This document shows positions 50,260 through 62,066 of a stretch of 64,000 nt of DNA, one piece after another. The notes under the pieces were generated by a model. The model saw only the letters and a program-made list of their open reading frames with translations. It was not told the DNA's origin and searched no databases. This DNA is from Paraspadella gotoi (taxonomy: Eukaryota > Animalia > Chaetognatha): positions 22,094,815 to 22,158,814 of the forward strand of contig CM119269.1 in assembly GCA_051294375.1 (NCBI GenBank). Reading direction: 5' to 3'. The position numbers were made by a program, and so were the translations under genes. The first letter of the stretch is position 1. Each line of letters starts with the position of its first letter.

Positions 50260-52607
50260 AGTTTATCTTTAAACGTTAACTGTTCTTGGATATTTCCGTT
50301 TGACGGTCAATGTTATAATAGTTTTTTTGGAATATATATAACATTTTGAGAGTTTTTCTTAGTATTCTGTAAAAAAAAATAGGAAGTCAGTTTGATTAAT
50401 CTCGCGAAATTTCTTTCAAATCTCTGTGAGCCCGAGCACATAGTAATAAGGTCACATTCTTTCTTAGAGTATTATATGGAAACGTTTTAACTCCATTTCA
50501 ACTTTAAAGTGTGAGATAAAATATAAGTTAATGTATGAAGGAAGCAAAAACGAATTAAAGCCTGCTGGTCTCCGGTTGGGAGGATTAAAGGGATCATTTG
50601 TTTGCGGAAACTGAGGACATCACACGGGTCACTTGAGGAATATTAAAAGTGGTTATTTCAAACAAATGATTATAATTATAATTTTAAAAATTGATAGGGA
50701 AGCCAAGTACTCTTGGAGTGAATAAATGAGACTGTGAGGGAGTCTTGATTGAAAGTTTGCAGGAACCTGCTATGTCATTATCTTGTAAGAGTGATGGAGG
50801 CCTTAAACCACCAAAGCCTGTCCAAAGTCAGGGGGTATTGGTAGTACCAATTTCATACTATTTTATAATTTCGACTCCTAGACGACTCCTATAGCCTTCT
50901 TATCAAAATGCTTGTACAATGTATATTATTTAAAATAAAATTGATTGTGTAGGAAAAAATAGTAAAAAATATTTTTATATTGGTTTTACCAATTTCATAT
51001 GATCAACTGTTCCTGCTTTCCAATCTAATAAAAAAAAGTTAACCAGTGGCTGCGTCAACACATGTAAATCACTTTCAAGGGCTTAAACGGAGCTGTTATT
51101 GCGGCACTAATAACATTTTGCAACTTCCAAAAATATTTTATGAATCAAAATAATATTATTTTTGTTTCGATATATTATATATGATTAAAATGTTTTGAAT
51201 AATACATAGAATAAGAAAAAAAATAGAATAAGAAAAACATATTTATCAAAAAATATTTAAAATATTTTTAAAAAATATTTAAAATAATAAAAATTTCAAC
51301 AAAAAAAAATTGAAGAGCAGGTGCAAGTGAAGATCTAGTGGGTACAGATAAAGTTTATTTTGAATATCCTTTTGTCTTACAAAAAGCGTTTTTCTTTGTA
51401 GAGCCTTATAATAGAATAGGGTAAAAACACAAAATAATTTAATGGGACTGTTCTTTTATTTCAGAAAAAAGATTAAAACCTTTGGTGGATTTACTTAAAT
51501 TAAATTTTATTATTATTTTCTTTTTAAAAATGCTCCTTTGTTTGTACCGTCCTGTGGTTTATTAAGACTAAAACATATAAAAATTTGCTATTTTGTGTAA
51601 AGCAATGCAAGTGAAGATCTTGTGGGTGTAGACAGAAGATCAAATTTCTATAGAAAGTAAAGGGAAAATGCTCATAGTAGAAAAAGTAAGAGACACATCC
51701 TCCAGTAAGAAGGAAAAGTTATATAGACGGAAAAAAATAATTGGAAAAAACAATTTCAGGGGTTAAGTAAATCTCTAAAGTAAATCACTAAAGTGATTTA
51801 CAATCACTAAAGTAATTTTCAAAAAGGTATAAAGTCAAAAGAGATATTTTAATATGGGACCTTGGGTAATGATATAATGATTAATTAATTATAAATTTAA
51901 GGTTAGTATTTTCGAAATGCCAACTTTCAGATAGGAATCTCACGTCGAAAAACATTTTAATAATTTAGTGACGTTTAGGGAGGGAGACCTCACTTGGAGT
52001 TTTGACAGCTTCAAAAGTAGGTAAACATAGCTAGATCGTTATAGAACTCTCCAAAAAGACTTATTTTTATTTCGAAATTTAAAAAAATAAACTGCGGACC
52101 TCGCGTTTATCTTTTTCAATCTCTCATAATAAAAGGTTTTGATCATCATCGTTGAAGATTGCGGTTTTGTGACAAATTGACGGTTCTTCCATCTTGGACG
52201 CGATCATCAGCCTCTGGATACAAACGAATTCGGATATTTTTGTTGATGTATCTTTCCAGTTAAACATGTATTTCTGTGTACTGTAAACTGTACAGTATAA
52301 ACACTATTAGTGGTTCTTCTACAAAGTAATAAATCGATTCGACGCCCTTACATACCGATGTACCGACCGAGACTCTCGGGAGGAGAGCATCTTCTTAATT
52401 GATTGTAAGCGGCGGACTTTGAAATGAAAAAACAAATGGCCAAACACAGTGAAACCGTCTCCTCCGAAAGCCAGGGCGATGGGGCAAGTAGGTAGCCAAT
52501 TGCTCAATCGCTAATTATATAAATTGATATAAGTTTATTTATTAATAATGAATTTCGTAATTATACACTGAAGGAGCTTCGCCGAAAGGCGTCAAACGAA
52601 ATGTATC

Positions 52608-52612
<5 letters not shown>

Positions 52613-52644
<32 letters not shown>

Positions 52645-52776
52645 ATTTTTTGCATCTCTCTCTCTCTTTTTCTTTTTTTACATCTCTCTCTTTCTCTTTC
52701 ATTTTTTGCATTTTTGCATCCCTCTCTCTCTCTTTCATTTTTTACATCTCTCTCTCTTTCTCTCTCTCTTTCATTT

Positions 52777-52816
<40 letters not shown>
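52613..52816. repeat. Compound (CT)n-ttcattttttgcat repeat near the HIP1/dispanin divergent promoter
   Basis: Repeated ctctctctttcattttttgcat units. Confidence 0.85.
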
Positions 52817-52820
<4 letters not shown>

Positions 52821-53102
52821 GTTACCGTCACCCCACATTATTACTGATAAATGAATGAACCAAATTTAGATCAGACTTACAAGAGCGCGGCAAAAATTCG
52901 GTGACGTCGCTAAAGTAAGGAGCGGTTGTTAAACCGGTTGTTAAGCTGGAATAAGAAGTTGTGACCGCGGCCGAACCGGTTTTTTTCATTACAGCACAAA
53001 TCGGCACTCCCTACACTCTTCTTAAATTTGGGAAAACAGAAAAAAAAATAATTTACGCAGTTGCAATTTTATTCGTTTGAACAGCGTCAGTCTCGAAAAA
53101 AA

Positions 53103-54652
53103 ATGCAGTACCCTAATCAACCGGCGCCTGGTAATGAACGAATCATTGATAAATTAGTTCAAATTATTGCTTTTTTTTGTCGTTTGGATGAAACGGATAG
53201 TCGAGCCGTAATCTTAGCGTCTCTAACGACGATTACGTGGCACGGCGTTGTCGGCAATCTATACCGTAAAGTATTGTTGATTTTCCGGCCACTGTATCGG
53301 CGACGGTCATTTATTGACCGGATGGAGACTGTCGATTCACTCCATTTAATTGAATTTCAATTGTGCGACTTTGAAATTTCTTTTTTTTTATCTTTTGACG
53401 AGGAACTAAACTCTCTTCATTTTAAGGTTACCTTCAGGTCCTACCAGAGATAAGCAAACAAACAAACAAACACTGTCAACAATACGGGGCCAAGAAAGGC
53501 TGAGACAATTTGTATTATAGGGAATAAGATTAAGAGGAATGAAAACATTTTATTAAATTAAACATTAAATTAAACATTTTATTAAATTTAAACAGGATGC
53601 GACCATATAAATATGAACGACGCAACGCAATTCAACCGATATACTAATAAAAATTTACTTTATCAATAACGCCTGACATACTAAATTTAAGAGAACAAAA
53701 ACCCGCAAAAAGATAGGAACTAAGTTTATGACCAACTGACTGAGATATATCTGGTCAACTGAAAAAAATGCTAAATAGATTAAGTGATGTTCATAACTTA
53801 ATTTATTCTGCTTTAAAATGTACATTCTTAAGATTTTCCTGATATCATGAAATCTGAGATTAAAACCTGATCTAATAGAATAAATTGCTCATAATATATG
53901 TAGTATTATACACGAACTACGTGATTAAATTAAACTAAAACTGATATTGAAACAAATAATCAGGGTCGACCTACACGGGGCAACCGCAGGTGGTCGTTGT
54001 GCAACAAAATCAACAACGTCCTCCAGACAACTTTGTCTTTTCTCTCATCGTTTGTCTCTTCTGCGATGTGTTTTGCTTAGGTAAAAAAAAAATTGTTGTT
54101 GTCAAGTCACAACAACGTTGAATTAATTTTTTTTCCGTTGTTATTTATATATTAGTTAAAAGACAATTAACTTTTTGATATCCTAAATTTCAGGTAAAGT
54201 ATTTTTGAAAAGTGGTATCGAATTTACAATAAATAACTTTATTAAGCAAATAAAACAATATTTTTGGTTTTCTTTCAATTTTATTTTTTTATTAAAATTC
54301 TTAAAAATTAGGATTGGCGGCTCTCATTTGCTCCGTGCAATCTCGTTCCGCCGCAGATGGCAACAATATGGAGGACGCAAGAAACAAGGGTATAATTTGT
54401 TTGGTCATGTTTATATAATAAAAACATTGTGGATAATAAGTTGTTATCGAACCATAAAAAAACTAATGATAAATAAAATACAGGTATAATTGCAAGAAAT
54501 CTCTCGATCGCCGCTATTGTCTGCACCATTGTAATCGTCATTTTGGTGATCATTCTCTACTTTACAGGTATTTCTTCTATAATTCTATATAATTGTATAT
54601 AAATGTAATTCTAGATTTCCAGGGTTGGAATAGATCAGTTCACAAAACATGA
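53103..54652 (+). CDS. Spliced CD225/dispanin (IFITM/PRRT-like) gene, not shown in the ORF track
   Basis: Exons 53103-53130, 53964-54080, 54312-54389, 54484-54567, 54615-54652, all phase 1: MQYPNQPAPGSTYTGQPQVVVVQQNQQRPPDNFVFSLIVCLFCDVFCLGLAALICSVQSRSAADGNNMEDARNKGIIARNLSIAAIVCTIVIVILVIILYFT... Confidence 0.85.
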
Positions 54653-54703
54653 TAATTGAGCTTTGCGCAGACAATATATAACTTAACAAGATCGGTCCTT
54701 CCT

Positions 54704-55565
54704 ATGTGTTGCGCCGCAGTGACTTTCTTTTCACGTGTATGATCACGAGACTACATGACTTGGAAATTTATGTATAACAAACGTCTTTATATTATTTTTG
54801 TATTTATGACACGCACTGCATCGGAATTCCGTCTTTTATTCTTCATAGTTTTAGAATTTACCGAAGACTGCACTTGCAGTTACTTAGATTTGAAGTTTTT
54901 TCCTGTCTTAACAAACGAGCATGATTTATGAGCTTTTTTTATGTAAGTGGGACAGACCGACCGACTGACAGACCGACCAAAAAGTGACTTATAGAGTTGC
55001 TCCGCGAGTACTCCCTGCACAAGATGTCGATACCCAAAATATTCTCAAAATTTCAAAATATTAATTGGATAATAAAAAAATGAACATTTTAACGCGACAG
55101 TTTTTGTTATGCGCAATTATATCAATTTTTGTTGAAAGATGGTACTCGCGGAGCAACTCTATAAGTCACTTTTTGGTCGGTTGGTCCGTCAGGCGGTCAG
55201 TGTGTCGGTATGTCTGTCCATCGGTCTGTTTCACTGACATTAAAAATACTCAAAACTTGCATATAGTTGGTTGCTCGATGGTCATTTGTTAAGAAGGGAA
55301 ATCCTCAAAATGTGAGTCAAATATAAGTGACTTCTAGCGCCGCCTTCCTAAAATCCTAAATCCTTGGAAAAGTTTAAAATTCAAAAACGATTTTTATTTC
55401 AATAAAATTAAACACGGACATGTTTCAGCTTAGTACAAGCCTTTCTCAGCGCTAATAAAGTTATTGTTTTTCATGTAGTCATGTCACGTCATATCATTTT
55501 ATATCAAATCATGTCATGTCACGAAAAATACACGTGATGAGGCAGTCACTGCGGCGCAACACATT
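54704..55565. mobile_element. Two DINE-1/Helentron-like copies head-to-head forming a long imperfect inverted repeat
   Basis: gaccaaaaagtgacttatagagttgctccgcgagta vs tactcgcggagcaactctataagtcactttttggtc; GTCY microsatellites; outer atgtgttgcgccgcagtgact inverted at ~55545-55565. Confidence 0.7.
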
Positions 55566-56675
55566 TGAATTACCGTTCTTATTTAATAAATTCCAAAAAT
55601 AGCTCAAAGACCCTACAATTTGTTACTGGGTGAACTATGCCAATTTTTGTTAACTTTCGCTGTTAATAATCTTTTTCAGTCTATGTCGTTCTCTATCAAG
55701 AAGCTGTGAAAAGCCTCAACAACAACTCGTATCCATGAAGAGAAGCATTTCGGGCCCGTTTCTGTCATTGGTTAAAAACGATCACCCTAATCGCGTTCTA
55801 ACTTGTTAAAAAAAAGGAAATTCAAAGTTTTAAAAAAGAACCTTAATTTGTAATTTGTGTAGATCTTTAAATTCGAAGCAATTCGAAGTCTTTGTATCAT
55901 TGGCGTGTTGTAAATTTATTATTTATGGTTTTCATTAGTTCAGGTCTCGAATTTAATGCGCGTAAACAAGTGTAACACATTAAAAAGAGGGTGGAGCGAA
56001 AATAACGGTAAAAAGCTACTTATCAAAGTAAGTTAACTAATAAAAATAATGATTAACTCCTATAAGAAATTTAAATCTAAAACAAAGAGAAAACTTCATT
56101 ATTGTCAAAGTCAAATTTTAAAGTTGAGGGCGCGCCGTAAAAAAATAAATACTGAGAAATCGCTATTGATACAATTGTAGTTCCTATCATAATTACACCT
56201 TAAATAAGAATAGTTATTATTTTGCTTTTTAATAGGCCCTTCTTCTCATTTAATATCTATAAATAATAATAATTTAAAAACAGAAGGCGAGGTATATAGT
56301 ATATGACATCCCCCAGTCGTTTAGGCATCCTTAATTCTACCTATCTAACTATCTACCTTGTGATTTGGTAAAACAGACAGATAGTTTAGATAGATATAAC
56401 GAATAGATGCGCACTGCAATTTATTTTGGCGTAGTCGGTTGCACTTTTTTTTTCTCTTTTGTATTATAAGTTCGTGTACTGAGTTTTTTCTAAATAAAAA
56501 AAATGTTAAAATTTCAGGAGAAAGTTGAGTTCAATTATGAACGCGACGTTAAAAAAAAGCTTTGAAACTATTTTGATTATTTTGTGAATTGATGTTTAAC
56601 ATAAATGAAAGCTTCTAATGTATTCGTGCCGTTACTTAGAAAATGTTCTCTATATATTTAATTTCCAAAAATAAA

Positions 56676-56715
<40 letters not shown>

Positions 56716-57195
56716 ATTATTATTATTATCATAATTCCGTTGGTAAGGATTTATAATTTTAAAAAAATGGCCTCTTATTAGAAACAAAAAAATTCGACTA
56801 AAGTTGATAAGTCGAATTTTTCAAAGCTTTTTTTTCCTTGACTGAAAATAAATGTGACGTGAAAGAAAGAAAGAAAGAAAGAAAGAAAAAGAAAAGAAAG
56901 AAAAAAAGAAAGAAAGAGAAAGAGAGATTGGCTCGATAATGTTTGGGTTTTTGCCAAATTTATTGTTTTTCTCTCGTAAAGAATAAAAAGGGATCATCGA
57001 GATTTGTACACGAGTTATGCTTTTTTAATGCTTTCTTTTTGCTGTTTTTCTGGCATTGAAAAAAAAAGTAATTCCTTGTTTTATAGGGATAAAAGTGATA
57101 TTTTTCTGTCGAAATAATCATAAAATTTTTAAGGGAGATTTAAAGTTGGATTTTTTTTTATTGTTGAGTTAAATTATAATAAAATGGTCATTATT

Positions 57196-57311
<116 letters not shown>

Positions 57312-58381
57312 GTGTCGTTCCGATGACGCTCGAGCAAAAAAATGAAAGAATCTGGATTCGTTCTCTGGACCTCGTGATTCTGTGAAAGACGAACGAACGA
57401 AGGAGCGAGGAGGGAGAACGATCTCACGACGACGAGGGCTGTCGAGAAAATTTCCAAATTTGAAAAAAAAAATGTTTATAAGTATGTATATAATTTTAAA
57501 TAGTTACTCTTTGTATGAGCTGTTTTTTGATTAAATTATTAAACTGTTAGTCTACTAGGGAAAAAAATAATTAAATGCAAAAAAATTTAAATTATCAAAA
57601 ATTACATTAATCAAGTTTGGAATTAAGTAATATTTGAAGTTATAGTTTTTTGTAAACGTAACTAATTCATTTCAAGTATTTCTGCCTTTTTACCTAACGA
57701 ATAAAGCTTAATATTGGATTGAATTAAACTTAATACAATGTTAATTCAAAGAATACTCAAAATCATTTTTTCTCCTATTGGATAAGATCAAGGTTACAGT
57801 ACATTAGATAACTAAAAATAACGACATATAACCAATAAGATTATTCAAGAGTTTATCTTTTATGAGGTGTCTAAGTACCTTAACCGATATTTCCAAAAAT
57901 TGCCTACACTTTGCAAGCTTTTCTTTTTTTTTTTAAATTAGAAAGTTAAGGACAAAATAATCGTGGCATTACATTCACTGTTTCTGGTTGAACTTCTCAC
58001 TCGCTCCCCTTTTGTCTGGTTTTCACGGCGAACGTGAGCTGAGGGATTTGACGAAACAACGCCCCCCCTTTTTTCTTAACGAAACAACGCCCCCTTTTTC
58101 TTAAAATGTGAAGAAATTAAAAAGAAAAAATCTTATAACTGAAAAATTTATGGAAGAAAATTCTCAAAAATAAAATTGAATAAAAAAAAATGAAGCTTAA
58201 GTCGTTTGTGATGATCCGATGGTGAAAATGGGACAGAGTGAAAAGTGAATTAAAATATGAAATTGAGAGAATGAGAAATGAAAATGATATGGAGATATGA
58301 CCTCAGCAAAAATTATGTAAAAAGATAGAAATGACAAATAAATAAAATAAATAGGCAAGCAGAAAAATAGTCATGTATCCC

Positions 58382-58391
58382 NNNNNNNNNN
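58382..58391. other. Assembly gap (10 N)
   Basis: Run of n characters. Confidence 0.99.
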
Positions 58392-59036
58392 GACCCCTCG
58401 TTCCTCTTCTTATTCTCCGCGATATTTTTTTCTCCTCTTCAAAAACGAAGAGAGAGAGAAAGAAGCTTCGGATAGCTATGTCACGGCTGTTTATCAAGAC
58501 ATTAATTATTTATTTAAAAAATATATAAATAAAATAGGGACTAATATGATTGTTCAAAAATTATATTTTTAATAGAATATGATTTTTCAAAAAAATATTG
58601 GCACTCAAAAAACTATTGATATTTTATATAATTTAAGCCAATATCAGTACATTTAAGTACATGTTTAATGAGGGATAAAAGATTAATGTTTTTAAAACAA
58701 TATAATTTCCTTGAAAAAAAAATATTTAAAAATTGATGAACAAATGAGACGATATTAAAGGATGGCGGCGCGACTCCACCGCAGCCGCGACCTTTCCCCC
58801 CCCCACCTCCGCCCCCCCTTTCAAGAAAAAAAAATCTCAACTCGGGTCAACACTCGGCTGTTTTTGTCATTTATTTTTGCCTGTCAAAAAAATAAGGGGG
58901 TGTTTCTTTCGGTTTTTCGGTTCGTGGATTCTCATTGGCTGTCAAACTCAAACGATCTAAACTGTGATTGGTCGACTTTCTTCTCTAACTTTACGGGGAA
59001 TGAAATAAAGACGAGGGGAGGGGAGGGGAATGGAGG

Positions 59037-59091
<55 letters not shown>

Positions 59092-59524
59092 CAGGAAAAG
59101 CGCGGGAAAAACTCGAGGCCTTAAAAGTCTGTGGTAACAGGCGCTCGATGCTGGATGTGATAAATGTGAAGAGAATAATAAGAGGAGAGGTGGGGGTTTG
59201 AAAATCTTTAAAAAATTAAGTATTTTATTACAAAATAAACAATTTTTGTAACGATGGTATTTATTATTAAAATGCTTACACAATAACGTACAATAATTGT
59301 GAAAAAAATTTGATGCCAAACTTTGATTTAACCGATTTCAAGTTGTGAAGGTTAACTTAGTGAAATTTGTCGTTTCTTTTTTGTGAGAAATGAGGATCAG
59401 GATTCACGTGATACAAAAGTTTCACGTTGATCCTGGAATCGTGAGATCTTCTCCATCGACGCCGTGACTCTGTGAATGAATAGATCAAGAATGTAAGGAT
59501 CAATTTCATGATAATTTAACTAGA

Positions 59525-59565
59525 TCAGATGAGTAGAAAATTTAAACATTGCCTGAAAAGATGAA

Positions 59566-59622
<57 letters not shown>

Positions 59623-60822
59623 ACACAATTTGATATAAAACATTATATATAAAATCATAAAGCGATTATGAAACTTAACCTTTCAATTTCTCCGTTAATC
59701 TTTTTCACGAGTGACGCGACTTTGAGTGGTTCGTCCAGGACGAGAACGCGTTGAGTGTAAGGATCGTATTCAATCTCGTGGGCAGATGTTATCTTTTTAG
59801 CGTACGACCTTCATTTCGTCAAATATAAAAAATTAGATGACAAAATTTGATTTTAAACAACGAGATTATAACCCGCATTTGACAATCATGCGATTATTAA
59901 TATTTCAATTATTATCATCGTTAAAGTTTTAACGTATTAACAGAGAGTACTACCGAGTCTGCGGGAATCGTATTTAATTGTGAATAATCTTTATATTTTA
60001 TACCTAAACTTTTCTTTCGCGTCATCAAAACTTTGTGCGATAAAGTAAACCGGTTGGTAGTCGTAATCTTGATAAGGTTCCAACGCGGTTGATGGAGGAT
60101 CGAATATTTTTATTTGAGGTCCGTCCGACAACGCCCTAAATTATAATAATACTATTCTATAAAAATAGTATATATATTAACTAATCCGGTCTTCTTTTGA
60201 TGTGCTATGTACTTGGCATGGACGAATGGTTCCCTCGGAATTAAATTAGTTTTGAGGTTTAAAAATTAGGTTAAAGATATTATGATTTAAATTATATTTT
60301 GGGATTAAGGAACAGAAATGGTACGTTTTTGGAAAAGAGAGCCCAAGATGGAATAATTTACTTGTTCAGACAAAGTTTTAACAATATTTGCTTAACTTTC
60401 ATAACCTTACAACAACAGTTGTTCAGATATCATTAGGTTTTTTTAGAACCTGATAAAAAGGTAAACATCTAAATATATTCCGACTTAAATTCTATTTCTA
60501 ATTTAGTATGTAAATAAATGAATCAATAAAAAAAATCAATAAATCAACTCAATCCAACCTATTTAACTCACCATTCCATTTCTCCATATGACGACAGCAG
60601 CCCGGCGCCCATCGCTTTTTTCTCTCCATTTTCGTAGCAAAGCCCGAATTCTACCGAAAACCAATAAATCTGCAGGAAAATTTAAAATACTCTAATTATT
60701 GCATTACATTCAGAAGGTTAAACATATTATCGTTTCCGTCGCCATGGTAACGACTAAGACAAGGTAATTTGTGCCGAATCTAACGAGAAACTGGCAGGAA
60801 GCGATGAGAGCTCATTTTAGGG

Positions 60823-60898
<76 letters not shown>

Positions 60899-61141
60899 TC
60901 TCACTATCTCTGCTCTCACTACAACCAAAGAAATATCCCGATGCAATGACTTCTGATCATTAAATCTTAAACTCCGAAGAAATAGCGAATACCCAAGCCA
61001 CTGGTCACCACTCTCTCTCTGTCTCTCTCTCTCTCACTAGTCACCACTCTCTCTGTCTCTCACCGTTGCCAACTTTTCGATATCTTCGTCACTGGCTTGA
61101 AGGGACGCCAGACCGATTTCCTAAACAAAATATCATATTCA

Positions 61142-61186
<45 letters not shown>

Positions 61187-62031
61187 GATTTCATATTTCG
61201 AGGAAGACCAGATGCTATTTGACAATATTTTTCGAAAGCGCCGCTATTCTAATTCTAATCTTTAACCCTAATCTAGTACCAAATGCTTAATCCAATTACT
61301 AACCCTATATTTTAATCTCTAACCTTATTCTCTATTCTCTAATCTCTAATCTCTATTCTCTAATCTATATTCTCTTATCCTCTTTAAAGTTAAAAACTGA
61401 TTTAATGGTGATTGAGCTGAAAGAAAAGCGTACATTATGTAAGTTGTGAATTGTGAAACCTTATCCTTCATTAAATACAAATTAGCGAATCACTGTTAAC
61501 CTGTGAAAAGGCGGCAAAGTGAGGATTGGCGAGGAGAGGCACGTGACCAAGCAATTCGTGGATGCAATCACTGCAAGCAAAGGATCAAGGGAAGACGAAG
61601 GCAAAATTACAATTAGAAAACCTTGACAAGGAGGAACATTCGTCATACAATCAATCAACCAATATATATATCGTCAGCGGATATGGGATCCGCCTCCACT
61701 CTATTTCGATCGATGTGAACTCTCTCTCTCTCACTCTCCCCCTCTCCCTGTTTATTCGATCGTGGTTTTAGCTCATAGCGAATCAGAGGGCGGAGAGTGG
61801 GACTAGGTCATAGGGAAATTGTTTCATGGGCCGAGGGAGTAGGACGAAGGACTTTAGTTTTCAAAAGCGAAGCTGCCCTCGGCCCGAATGGTTGCAATTG
61901 ATTTTCTATCTCAATTATTTTATTCACATTGCCTAATCGATTGTAAATAAGTAAATAAACATTTTGCTCGTTATCTATTTCCATCGTGATAATTTAAACG
62001 TCATCGAAAGTAGCGAAACGGCAAAGATATA

Positions 62032-62066
<35 letters not shown>

